A stretch of 64,000 nt of DNA, from the NCBI GenBank assembly GCA_034670305.1, contig JAXMNT010000025.1, forward strand, positions 32,001-96,000, written 5' to 3'. Under the pieces are notes generated by a model. It did no database searches. It saw nothing but the letters and a program-made list of their open reading frames with translations, and was not told the DNA's origin. A program made the translations under genes and the position numbers. Positions 55,839 to 64,000 of this stretch are shown here, piece by piece (the first letter of the stretch is position 1; each line of letters opens with the position of its first letter). This stretch comes from Deltaproteobacteria bacterium (GTDB lineage Bacteria > Myxococcota_A > Polyangia > Polyangiales > Houyiibacteriaceae).

Positions 55839-57215
55839 TCAGTACGCGGGGGCGGGGCGGAGTTCGTGCATGGGGGCGTACTCGGGTTCGTAGTCGGCGA
55901 GCGCGTCCGCGCAGCGATCGGACCACTCGCCGTAACCGAGCGTGTCGCGCGCGGCCTGCATGCAGGCGCGCCAGTGGGCGAGGGCGGGCTCGACGAGGTG
56001 GCGGCGCAGCGACTCGCGCTCCTGGGGGATCGCGCCGATGGTCTCGTCGACGCTCTCCACCGCACCCGGCACATCGAGCTGCATCAGGTCTTGCGCGAGG
56101 TCGTGCTGAAGTTCTCCGCGGAGCGCCGCCGCGGCAACGCTCTGGCGGGAGAGGCCGAGGCCGTCCACCCGGTTCAACGCAGCTTCGGCCCGGCGCATCT
56201 GCGCCATGCGCCGCTGCATCCAAGGACGCAGCCGACGCTCGACCCAGCGGGTCGCGTTCCGCTCGGTGGCGGGGCCGGTGTAGGCGGGCGGCCGGTTGTG
56301 GCGGGCTCGGCGGAAGAGGGTGTTGGCGCGCTCGAACCGAGCTTCGGCCACCGCTTCGCGGGTGCGCCCAAGCTCCGCTGCCCACTCGGTGGGGGACAAG
56401 CCGGGGGAGGTGGCCATGAGTCGACCGCCGTGCCGCTCCCACAGCCGTTCGGCCCGTCGGTAGGCCTGCATCCGTTCCTGCCCACGAGCGCTCTGCGCAA
56501 AACGAACCTCGGCCTGGATCGCCTCGGCCGGTGGAAGGCGGCGGCGGCGCAGACGTCGAAGCGCTTCGGTGCGCGCTTCGGGCCCGAGCAGTTCGCTGGC
56601 CGCGAGCGCGATGCGGGTGCTCGCGCGTGGATGGGTGCGGGCGAACCGTTGTTCGAACAGCGACGCGTCCTCGAGCGCGACGTCGTGTGCGCCGAGCGCG
56701 CGTCGGAAGATGAACGCGTTCTCGAGCGACGCGGCGATCGCATCGCAGCGCGCGACGTCCTCTCCGCACACCGCCGCATCTCCCGTGACCGCGGATTCGA
56801 AGAACTCGGCGGCGCCGCCGAAGTCGCCGAGGGCCTGGTGCTCGGCGCCGAGCAGCATGAGCACATCCCGGCCCGCTTCCAGATCGCCATAACTCTCGAG
56901 CAGCGTCAGCCGCTCTTCGATTTGAGTTCCCAGGCCAAGGGGGCTGGTGCTGACCGCGTGCAGCCGCGCGTCGGCGGGTTCGGGCGTGCGCCAGAGCATC
57001 GGCACTTCCGTTCGATCGTCGGCGTGTGCACGGGCGGCCGGCGTCGTGACGAACGGGATCTCGGACCACGCGGCGACCCAAGTCTCCGCGTTGGTGGAGG
57101 TCTCGAGGCCACCCGCGCCTGTCTGGCGCGGCCCTGGGGCATCGTCGAAGGGCGCACGAAGGAAGGCCAAGAGTGCGACTACGAGCGCGAACCCGCGCGT
57201 GAAACGTTGTCGCAT
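55839..57215 (-). CDS. Exported TPR-like helical protein (C-terminus reminiscent of gliding protein GltD/AgmU)
   Basis: Hydrophobic N-terminus; TPR-like helices; C-terminal C..AA....YGEWSDRC..L. The resemblance is recalled, not verified. Confidence 0.75.
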   Translation of the reverse strand: MRQRFTRGFALVVALLAFLRAPFDDAPGPRQTGAGGLETSTNAETWVAAWSEIPFVTTPAARAHADDRTEVPMLWRTPEPADARLHAVSTSPLGLGTQIEERLTLLESYGDLEAGRDVLMLLGAEHQALGDFGGAAEFFESAVTGDAAVCGEDVARCDAIAASLENAFIFRRALGAHDVALEDASLFEQRFARTHPRASTRIALAASELLGPEARTEALRRLRRRRLPPAEAIQAEVRFAQSARGQERMQAYRRAERLWERHGGRLMATSPGLSPTEWAAELGRTREAVAEARFERANTLFRRARHNRPPAYTGPATERNATRWVERRLRPWMQRRMAQMRRAEAALNRVDGLGLSRQSVAAAALRGELQHDLAQDLMQLDVPGAVESVDETIGAIPQERESLRRHLVEPALAHWRACMQAARDTLGYGEWSDRCADALADYEPEYAPMHELRPAPAY

Positions 57216-57287
57216 GGTCGACCTCAGCACCCGTTCAGAATGCCTTATGGGGGGACGGGCCACAACGGCACCCCCAGCCGTTGAGGA

Positions 57288-60002
57288 TCACTCGGCGGCT
57301 TCGGGTTCGCCCGCGCCCGTTTGGGTCCGCGCTTTCTGGGCGCGCGGGCTGATGCCGGCCACCTGCAGCAGCGCCGGCTGCACGATCAACGTGGCGAAGA
57401 GACACCCTGCGACCGTCACGGCGATGAGTTCTCCGAATCGGCGGACCGGCACGAAGTTGGACATCAGGAGCACCGCGAAGCCAGCCATCAAGGTGATGGA
57501 GCTGACGACGATGGCGCGGCCGGTGCCGCGCGCCGCGCGGATGAGGGCAGGGTGGGCGCGCATGCCGCGTTCGCGGGTCTCTTCGCGGAAGCGGGCCAAC
57601 ACGTGGATCGTTCCGTCCACCGCCAAGCCGAGACTGATGGAGAAGATGATCACCGTCGCCACGTTCAGCGGAATACCGCGCGCGACCATGTAGGCCATCG
57701 TGAACACGAGCGGAATGACGTTCGGCGGGATGCTCAGCAGCCCGAGGCGAATGCTCCGGAAGAGCAGCGAGAGCAGCAGGAAGATGATGACGACGGCGGT
57801 GAACAAGCTGCCAAGGAGATCGCCGACGACCGCATCCGTTCCGACCGAGCCGTCGTACGCCTCGCCAGTGAACGTCACCGTCACGTCGTCTGGCAGCGCG
57901 CCTCGAAGCTCTCCTTCGAGGTCGGTGATGAACCGCATCGTCGCTTGCGCGCCGACGTCGCGGACCTTGATCTGCAAGCGCAGGTGGTCGCGTGCGGGGG
58001 TCACCCACGCACCGAGCGGGTTCGCCTCTGCAGCCCGCGCCTCGAGAAGTCGCGAGAGCGCTTGGACTTGCGCCGGGTTCACGAACGGAGCGGTGCGCGC
58101 GGTCTCGTCCTCGCTCAGCAAGAACAGGGTCTGCCGCAGGATCTCGTTCTGGCTCATCGTGGCGAGCACTTCGTCCCGCCCCGACGCATAGGTCGCCACG
58201 GTGTCGACCGCCGCCAGCAGATCGGGATCGTAGAACCGGCCGGGCTCGGTGGTCGTCAGACTGACCTCGAGTGGACGCACGCCATCGAGTTCGTCTTCGA
58301 GGAGCCGGGTCGTCTGCGAGACAGGGTCGTTCGCGTCGAACTGGTCGAGCAGCTTGTGGTCGACGCGCAGCAAGGTCGCGGCGTAGGTCGCGCCAGCGAG
58401 CAAGACCCCGGTGAAGGCGAGGATCTGCCAGGGCCGCGCGAGCACCCACGCGGTCATGCGCATGATGCCGACTTCGAGGTTGCCGCCAGAGTTCACTCGG
58501 CGCTTCGCGGGCTTCTTCACCCACGTCAAAATCGCCGGCAAGAATGTGATCGTGACCACGTACGCGGCCATGACACCGAGCGCGGCGGTGAGGCCGAAGT
58601 GCCGCAGCATGACGGTGCGCGAGACGATGAGACTCGCCAGGCCGACTGCGGTCGTGACCGAGGTCAGCAGACACGCGATGGCCATGGCACGCACGGTGCG
58701 CTGGCCCGCGATCAACTTGTCGTCCGTGCGGTGCAGCTCTTCTCGGTAGCGGCCGATCAGATGGATCGAGTCGCTGATGCCGATGATGATTAACAGCGTC
58801 GGTATGATGTTGTTCAGGACGTTGAACGGCTCACCGACGAGCGCCATCGCACCGACGACCATCAGCGCGGTGATGCCGACGGCCGCGATCGGAAGGATGA
58901 CGCCGGGCATCCAGCGCAGGGCGATCGCCAGAAGCAGGAGGCAGACCAGAAGGGTGAGCGGCACCAGGATGACTTGGTCGCTGCGGATGTTCTCCACGAT
59001 CGCGCTGCGGAGGTAGGGCAGCCCGCCGAGATGGACTTCCACGCCATCGGGCGGCGGGTGTTCCGCCAAGTACGCGCGCAGGTCTTCCACGTGCAGACGC
59101 ATCTCGCGGCCGCCGAGGTTCTCGAGGAACAGGGCCGTCACCGCGACGGTGTGATCTTCGCTGACCAGCCGGCCTTCGATCAGACTGGACTGGGAGAGCG
59201 CGAGTTTGAGCTCTTCGATGTCCTCTTCGGTGACCTCGTCGCCGTCGACGATGGGGTCGGCGCGCAGCTCGACCTGGAGCCTCGGTCCAAGCTCACGGTA
59301 CCCACCGGGAAAACGGTCGGCGTCCGCTTCGACGAGCGAGATCAGCGCATCGACGATGTCCGCCTGCAGTTCGCCGGCCGCGTCTTCGTCCTCTTCTTCG
59401 CCGAAGAGTTCGCTCTCGAGGTCGGAGAGGCTGCCGCCGTTCGCGTCCTCGTCCGGGTCTTCGTCGTCGAACTCGTCCGGTTCGTCGTCGAGGGGTGCAT
59501 CGTCCGGGAGGTCTTCATCCGGGGCGTCTTCATCCGGGGCGGGTGCGTCCTCGGGTGCCTCTTCGGGTGCGTCTTCGTCTTCCAGCGGTTCGTCGTCGTC
59601 GAACAGCTCTTGCTCCAGATCGTCGAACGACTGGCTCGTGTGGCTCGGCTCGATGCGCCGGGGCATCGGCGTGCGTGTCAGGCTGACGACCTGCTCGATC
59701 CAACCTTCCTCTTCGACGTGGCGCGTCACTTCGTTGAGGTACTGAAGCGGGGCCGGGCGGAGCACGTCGTCCGCCTTGATGAGCAACACCATCACGCGAT
59801 CGGTGTCGCCGAAGTCGTTCACGAAGCGGTTGGCCGCCGCTCGTTCGTCCTCGTCCCCTTCGAACGAGGAGATCAAACTCTCGACGGAGGGATCGACTTC
59901 GATCTTTGGGATCTGCGATGCCAACGCCGCGGTGACGACGAGCAGACACCCGAGCACAAGCCCGCGTCGCGTAGTCACCACTGTCGCGAGCCAAGTCAGC
60001 AA
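57288..60002 (-). CDS. MMPL/RND family transporter with long acidic insertion
   Basis: Two TM bundles; IGISDSIH, LTSVTTAVG, GLAVDGTIH, GTGRAI, GFAVL..F.PVRRFG motifs. Confidence 0.92.
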   Translation of the reverse strand: MLTWLATVVTTRRGLVLGCLLVVTAALASQIPKIEVDPSVESLISSFEGDEDERAAANRFVNDFGDTDRVMVLLIKADDVLRPAPLQYLNEVTRHVEEEGWIEQVVSLTRTPMPRRIEPSHTSQSFDDLEQELFDDDEPLEDEDAPEEAPEDAPAPDEDAPDEDLPDDAPLDDEPDEFDDEDPDEDANGGSLSDLESELFGEEEDEDAAGELQADIVDALISLVEADADRFPGGYRELGPRLQVELRADPIVDGDEVTEEDIEELKLALSQSSLIEGRLVSEDHTVAVTALFLENLGGREMRLHVEDLRAYLAEHPPPDGVEVHLGGLPYLRSAIVENIRSDQVILVPLTLLVCLLLLAIALRWMPGVILPIAAVGITALMVVGAMALVGEPFNVLNNIIPTLLIIIGISDSIHLIGRYREELHRTDDKLIAGQRTVRAMAIACLLTSVTTAVGLASLIVSRTVMLRHFGLTAALGVMAAYVVTITFLPAILTWVKKPAKRRVNSGGNLEVGIMRMTAWVLARPWQILAFTGVLLAGATYAATLLRVDHKLLDQFDANDPVSQTTRLLEDELDGVRPLEVSLTTTEPGRFYDPDLLAAVDTVATYASGRDEVLATMSQNEILRQTLFLLSEDETARTAPFVNPAQVQALSRLLEARAAEANPLGAWVTPARDHLRLQIKVRDVGAQATMRFITDLEGELRGALPDDVTVTFTGEAYDGSVGTDAVVGDLLGSLFTAVVIIFLLLSLLFRSIRLGLLSIPPNVIPLVFTMAYMVARGIPLNVATVIIFSISLGLAVDGTIHVLARFREETRERGMRAHPALIRAARGTGRAIVVSSITLMAGFAVLLMSNFVPVRRFGELIAVTVAGCLFATLIVQPALLQVAGISPRAQKARTQTGAGEPEAAE

Positions 60003-60404
60003 ACGTCACTCCGTGCGGGCCAGTTCGGATGCCGACCTCGAAACTTCGTCTGGGAAGCCTCCAGAATCATTGCACCAGTCGTCATGCCGTCCGCGTCCGC
60101 GAGAGTCCGCGGAGGCCAGTGTCTACCCGCGTCTTTGGGGTTCCTGCAAGCGCTCGCGCGAGGTTTCCGAACCGAGTGCGCCTCCGCTGAGGCCCCATCG
60201 CCGACCGCTGGCTGCGTTGCCACGTCATTCCACGGCGTGAACATGTTCTACCGGGGCACGGGACCCGCACGTCTTCGGTGGATCGGATTCGCGGCCGTGG
60301 GCACAGCGTTGGGGGGCCAAAGAGCAACCAGGCATCGTCCCATGTTCCGGGATGGGATGTTGGGTGAACCGTCGTCGCTTGCACACAGACGCCAAAGGGG
60401 TCAA

Positions 60405-60432
60405 GTTAGTGACTCATCTATGGGTTACTAAC
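60405..60432. promoter_or_regulatory. Imperfect 13-bp inverted repeat abutting the glgP RBS
   Basis: GTTAGTGACTCAT-ct-ATGGGTTACTAAC; both mismatches are G-U compatible; GGAG RBS at 60433-60436. Confidence 0.5.
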
Positions 60433-60441
60433 GGAGATCCC

Positions 60442-62538
60442 ATGAACTCGAATCCTTCCCTCACCGTGCGTGAACGTTTCGCGCGGATCCAACCCAACCT
60501 TCTGTGGACCTGGGGTCCCGGCGCGCGGCTCCTCGGAACGCTGGCGGCCGATCTGTCCGAGACAACCGACGGGGTCGATCCCGGGACGATCCTGGCGCGG
60601 GCCTCGGATGCGTCGCTGGCGCGGGCTGCGTTGGCCCACGCCGACGATCTGCGCGCCGTGGAGCAAGCCGTCGAAGGGCACCGGTCTCCGGAGTGGAGCC
60701 TCCTGAACCGCACCCCCGTCGCGTACTTCTCGATGGAGTTCGGCATTCACGAGTCGTTGGCGATCTACTCGGGTGGGCTCGGTGTGTTGGCCGGCGACCA
60801 CCTCAAGAGTGCTTCGGACCTGGGGTTGCCACTCGTCGCGGTCGGGTTCTTCTACCGCGAAGGGTACTTCACCCAGACGCTCGACAAAGACGGGTGGCAG
60901 CAGGCGGCCTACCCGAAGGTCGAGCCGAGCGCGCAGCTCGCCCGCGCGATCGCGCCGGGCGGAGAACCGCTGGCGGTCGAGGTCGAGACCCGCGGCGGCG
61001 TCATCCACGCGGACGTCTGGGAGATCGGCGTCGGCGGCGTGCGGCTCTTCTTGCTCGACGCGGACGTCGAGCGGAACGACCCGGACGACCGCGCGCTCAC
61101 CCATCGCCTGTACGGCGGCGACGAGCGCACCCGCATTCGACAGGAACTCTTGCTGGGCGTCGGCGGGTTGCGGGCGCTGCGTGCGATGGGCATCGAACCG
61201 GGCGTGCTGCACTTGAACGAGGGGCACTGCGCGTTCGCGGCGCTCGAAGAGGTCGCCGCCCGCATGGACCGCGGCGCCACCTACGACGACGCGGTGGACG
61301 CGGTGCGCGGACGCTGCGTGTTCACGACGCACACCCCGGTGCCCGCCGGCCACGACCGGTTCGTGCCCGAGCTCTTGCTCGAGCACCTGGCGCCTTACGG
61401 TCAGCGGCTCGGTCTGACGCCGGAAGCGCTGCTCGGACTCGGCCGGATCGATCCGCGGTCCGAAGACGAGACGTTCTGCATGACGGTGCTCGCGCTCAAG
61501 CTCGCCGATCGGGTCAACGGGGTGTCGTTCCTTCACGGGCGCGTCAGCCGCGCGATGTGGGAACGACTCTGGCCGAAACGATCCCGCAACGAGGTTCCGA
61601 TCGGACACATCACCAACGGTGTGCACGTGCCCACGTTCATGGCACCGCAGATGTCGGAACTGCTCGACCGGCATCTTGGTGCGGGGTGGCAAACCACCCA
61701 GCACGAGCGGTCGACCTGGGCCCCTGCGTTCGAGTTGCCCACCGAGGCACTCACGACGATTCGGCGCACGCTCAAGGACGAGCTCATCGCCAAAGTGCGG
61801 ACCCGGGCAAGCGAAGAAGCCCGCGCCCGCGGCGAGTCGGACGAGGTGGTCGCGGCGCTTGGCCAAGCGATCGACCCGAACGCACTGCTGATCGGGTTCG
61901 CCCGCCGCTTCGCCACCTACAAACGCGCCGCGCTCATCCTCCGGGATCGCGAGCAGCTGGTGAAGCTCGTGAACGATCCGGACCACCCGGTGTGTCTGGT
62001 GTTCGCGGGCAAAGCGCACCCGAAAGACGAAGGCGGCAAGAAGCTGCTCAAGCTGGTCTTCGAGGCGTCGCGGGACCCGCAGCTCCTCGGCAAAGTCATC
62101 CTGCTCAGCGGCTACGATCTGGGCCTCGGACGCGCGCTCACCCGCGGGGTCGATCTCTGGCTCAACAACCCCCGCCGCCCGAAAGAAGCGTCCGGCACGA
62201 GCGGCCAGAAGGTCGTGTTCAACGGCGGACTCAACCTCTCGGTGCTCGATGGCTGGTGGGCGGAGGCCTACGACGGCAGCAACGGGTTCGCGATCGGCGA
62301 AGGCGACGTGCATCAGGACGCGGGTCTTCAGGACCGACTGGACCGCGAAGCGCTCTGGATGGCGCTCGAGGAAGAAGTGCTGCCCTGTTGGCGCGACCAA
62401 GAAGCCTGGACGACCCGGGTCCGCCGGAGCATGGCGACCCTCGGCTGGCGCTTCAACGCCCAGCGCATGGTGCGCGACTACGCGGTGGGGGCGTACCTGC
62501 CGGCGGCCGGCGACATGCTCCGCGATCCGCGGGCCTGA
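60442..62538 (+). CDS. glgP: Alpha-glucan (glycogen/maltodextrin) phosphorylase
   Basis: AYFSMEFG, YSGGLGVLAGD, LYGGD, HLNEGH, FTTHTPVPAGHD, ITNGVH, FARRFATYKR, EASGTSGQK, DGWWAE. Confidence 0.96.
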   Translation: MNSNPSLTVRERFARIQPNLLWTWGPGARLLGTLAADLSETTDGVDPGTILARASDASLARAALAHADDLRAVEQAVEGHRSPEWSLLNRTPVAYFSMEFGIHESLAIYSGGLGVLAGDHLKSASDLGLPLVAVGFFYREGYFTQTLDKDGWQQAAYPKVEPSAQLARAIAPGGEPLAVEVETRGGVIHADVWEIGVGGVRLFLLDADVERNDPDDRALTHRLYGGDERTRIRQELLLGVGGLRALRAMGIEPGVLHLNEGHCAFAALEEVAARMDRGATYDDAVDAVRGRCVFTTHTPVPAGHDRFVPELLLEHLAPYGQRLGLTPEALLGLGRIDPRSEDETFCMTVLALKLADRVNGVSFLHGRVSRAMWERLWPKRSRNEVPIGHITNGVHVPTFMAPQMSELLDRHLGAGWQTTQHERSTWAPAFELPTEALTTIRRTLKDELIAKVRTRASEEARARGESDEVVAALGQAIDPNALLIGFARRFATYKRAALILRDREQLVKLVNDPDHPVCLVFAGKAHPKDEGGKKLLKLVFEASRDPQLLGKVILLSGYDLGLGRALTRGVDLWLNNPRRPKEASGTSGQKVVFNGGLNLSVLDGWWAEAYDGSNGFAIGEGDVHQDAGLQDRLDREALWMALEEEVLPCWRDQEAWTTRVRRSMATLGWRFNAQRMVRDYAVGAYLPAAGDMLRDPRA

Positions 62539-62563
62539 TCGTTCGAGCGTGAGGGCGTAGGGA

Positions 62564-63973
62564 TCAGTCGGCGACGGGTTCGAAGCGGAGGGTCTGGATG
62601 ATGGTCACGGGGCCACCGCCCGGCACCTCGGGAAACCTCAGCCTTTGACTTGCCGCGCCGACGCACGTCGCGGTCTGTTGGAGTGCATCGGTCGCGGTGC
62701 GGGCGGTGGCGCTCTCCACGCTACCGCTTGGCTGCACACGAATGACCACGCTCACATCTCCAGTGGCGGTTGGGTCGCGGCGCAGGAGCCGCTCGTAACA
62801 CATCCGGTACCGGCGGGCGGAGCTTCGGATGACGCGTCGCACGGTCGGTTCCGTGAGCTCACCGGTGATCACCGTGGGTGCGAACGTCATGCGCGGTGCG
62901 ATGGTTCGGACCGGTGGACGGCCCTCCTGAGCGCCGTCGCCACGCGCTTGGAGTCCGCCCAGCCCGTACATGGCTGTACCGCCACCTCCACGAGCGAGGC
63001 CGCCCAGGTCGTCCACGCCAGCAGGACCGATGAGGCCTCTGGCGCCCACTTGAATGTCGGCCGCGTGACCGACCAGCGACTCATCGAAGGCATTCGTCTC
63101 TCCCAGCAGTGCGTCCAGGCCCATCGGTCGGTTCTCTGCAAGCGGCGAGATTCTTGTCTGAAAACGAAGGGACCCCATCTGCGCAAGCACTCCGAGCAGC
63201 CCCCGCTCGCTGTTGTTCCGGGCATGTTCATCGAGTCGGTTGCAAGCCGCGCTGAAGCGCTGTTCCAGTGCCGTGTCGCCTGGATCCGCTCCTTCGTCGG
63301 TCCCGAGAACTCCAAAGCTTGTGGTGAGGCTGCGGCGGTCTGCGCCGAGCGCCATCATCAGCGAAATGTTCGGCGCTGGTGATTCTTCGTCTTCGTCTGC
63401 TTCGTCGTTCTCAGTCTGTGGGCCCAGCGCTTCCAAGACCTTCGCTTCGAACACAGGCAAGCGGAGGGAGATCAAGCGGCGATGGGCGAGGGCAGGCTCC
63501 ACGCCCTCCGCGGCGCCTCGCTCGTAGGCCTCGATCGCGCCGTCCGTATCTCCCGCGCTGTCCAATGCCGCCCCGACCTCCAGCCACAGCTCGGGATGGG
63601 TCGCATCCAGTTCAGCCGCACCCCGCAGCTGCAGGGCAGCGTTCGCAGCATCGCCGAGCTCTGCGCTGGAACGGCCCTCGATGAGCAAGAGATCGAACTC
63701 GGCCTCCGCTCCGCTGTTCATGGCCGCTCGAGCCGCCGTCCGAGCCTCCTCGAACGCGCCTCGCCGGAACTGAAGCAACGCCACCGTGGGGAGGACATCG
63801 TTCCGGGCAGGGTCGAGCGCGATCGCCTGCTCCATCAACCCGATCGCTTCAGCCGGTGCACTGTCCATGACGGCCAAGCCCTGGTCGATCTTCTCCTGGG
63901 CCTGTTCCTCGGGGGTCGCGCAGGCAAAGAGCAGCAAGGCCAGAGAGCACCCGAACCAATGAGAAGGACGCAT
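62564..63973 (-). CDS. TPR lipoprotein with C-terminal AgmX/PglI (GltG-like) domain
   Basis: Lipobox LLFAC; TPRs; VRRVIR....YRMCYERLLRRDP...G.V......GSV...CV....RLRFP..GGG.V......F. Confidence 0.85.
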   Translation of the reverse strand: MRPSHWFGCSLALLLFACATPEEQAQEKIDQGLAVMDSAPAEAIGLMEQAIALDPARNDVLPTVALLQFRRGAFEEARTAARAAMNSGAEAEFDLLLIEGRSSAELGDAANAALQLRGAAELDATHPELWLEVGAALDSAGDTDGAIEAYERGAAEGVEPALAHRRLISLRLPVFEAKVLEALGPQTENDEADEDEESPAPNISLMMALGADRRSLTTSFGVLGTDEGADPGDTALEQRFSAACNRLDEHARNNSERGLLGVLAQMGSLRFQTRISPLAENRPMGLDALLGETNAFDESLVGHAADIQVGARGLIGPAGVDDLGGLARGGGGTAMYGLGGLQARGDGAQEGRPPVRTIAPRMTFAPTVITGELTEPTVRRVIRSSARRYRMCYERLLRRDPTATGDVSVVIRVQPSGSVESATARTATDALQQTATCVGAASQRLRFPEVPGGGPVTIIQTLRFEPVAD

Positions 63974-64000
63974 GGGGGATGGTACGTGCGGAAGCCCAGC

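Overview
High-GC bacterial DNA whose gene content suggests a myxobacterium, probably Polyangiales/Sandaracinaceae-like (inference). The evidence is FHA/PP2C signalling genes, TPR proteins with AgmX/PglI-type C-termini, Cys-rich and VWA lipoproteins, and an OmpA protein with TSP3 repeats. About 48 CDS are supported. They include ltaE, a phosphosugar mutase, kbl-tdh, pruA, tsaA/trmO, glgP, POT and MMPL transporters, an HD-GYP protein, a TetR/sterol-desaturase/DUF3556 cluster, and a tandem pair of giant TPR-DUF3857-transglutaminase-like genes (one catalytic, one apparently dead). I saw no rRNA, tRNA, CRISPR array, transposase or integrase. The most unusual signal is non-coding: a modular dispersed repeat family at five intergenic loci (about 2.0, 10.4, 33.2, 45.0-46.4 and 55.1-55.8 kb). 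It is built from (CCGANN)n hexamer arrays, 12-mer GCTGAYKCTGCN arrays, CCCKTG tracts and two conserved, base-pairing motifs (A and B). All copies have the same orientation. The most complete copy encloses a four-helix-bundle (23S-IVP/Avd-like) gene, which suggests an undescribed selfish element or RNA-based system with gene-less derivatives. All family assignments come from motif recognition by eye; no database searches were run.
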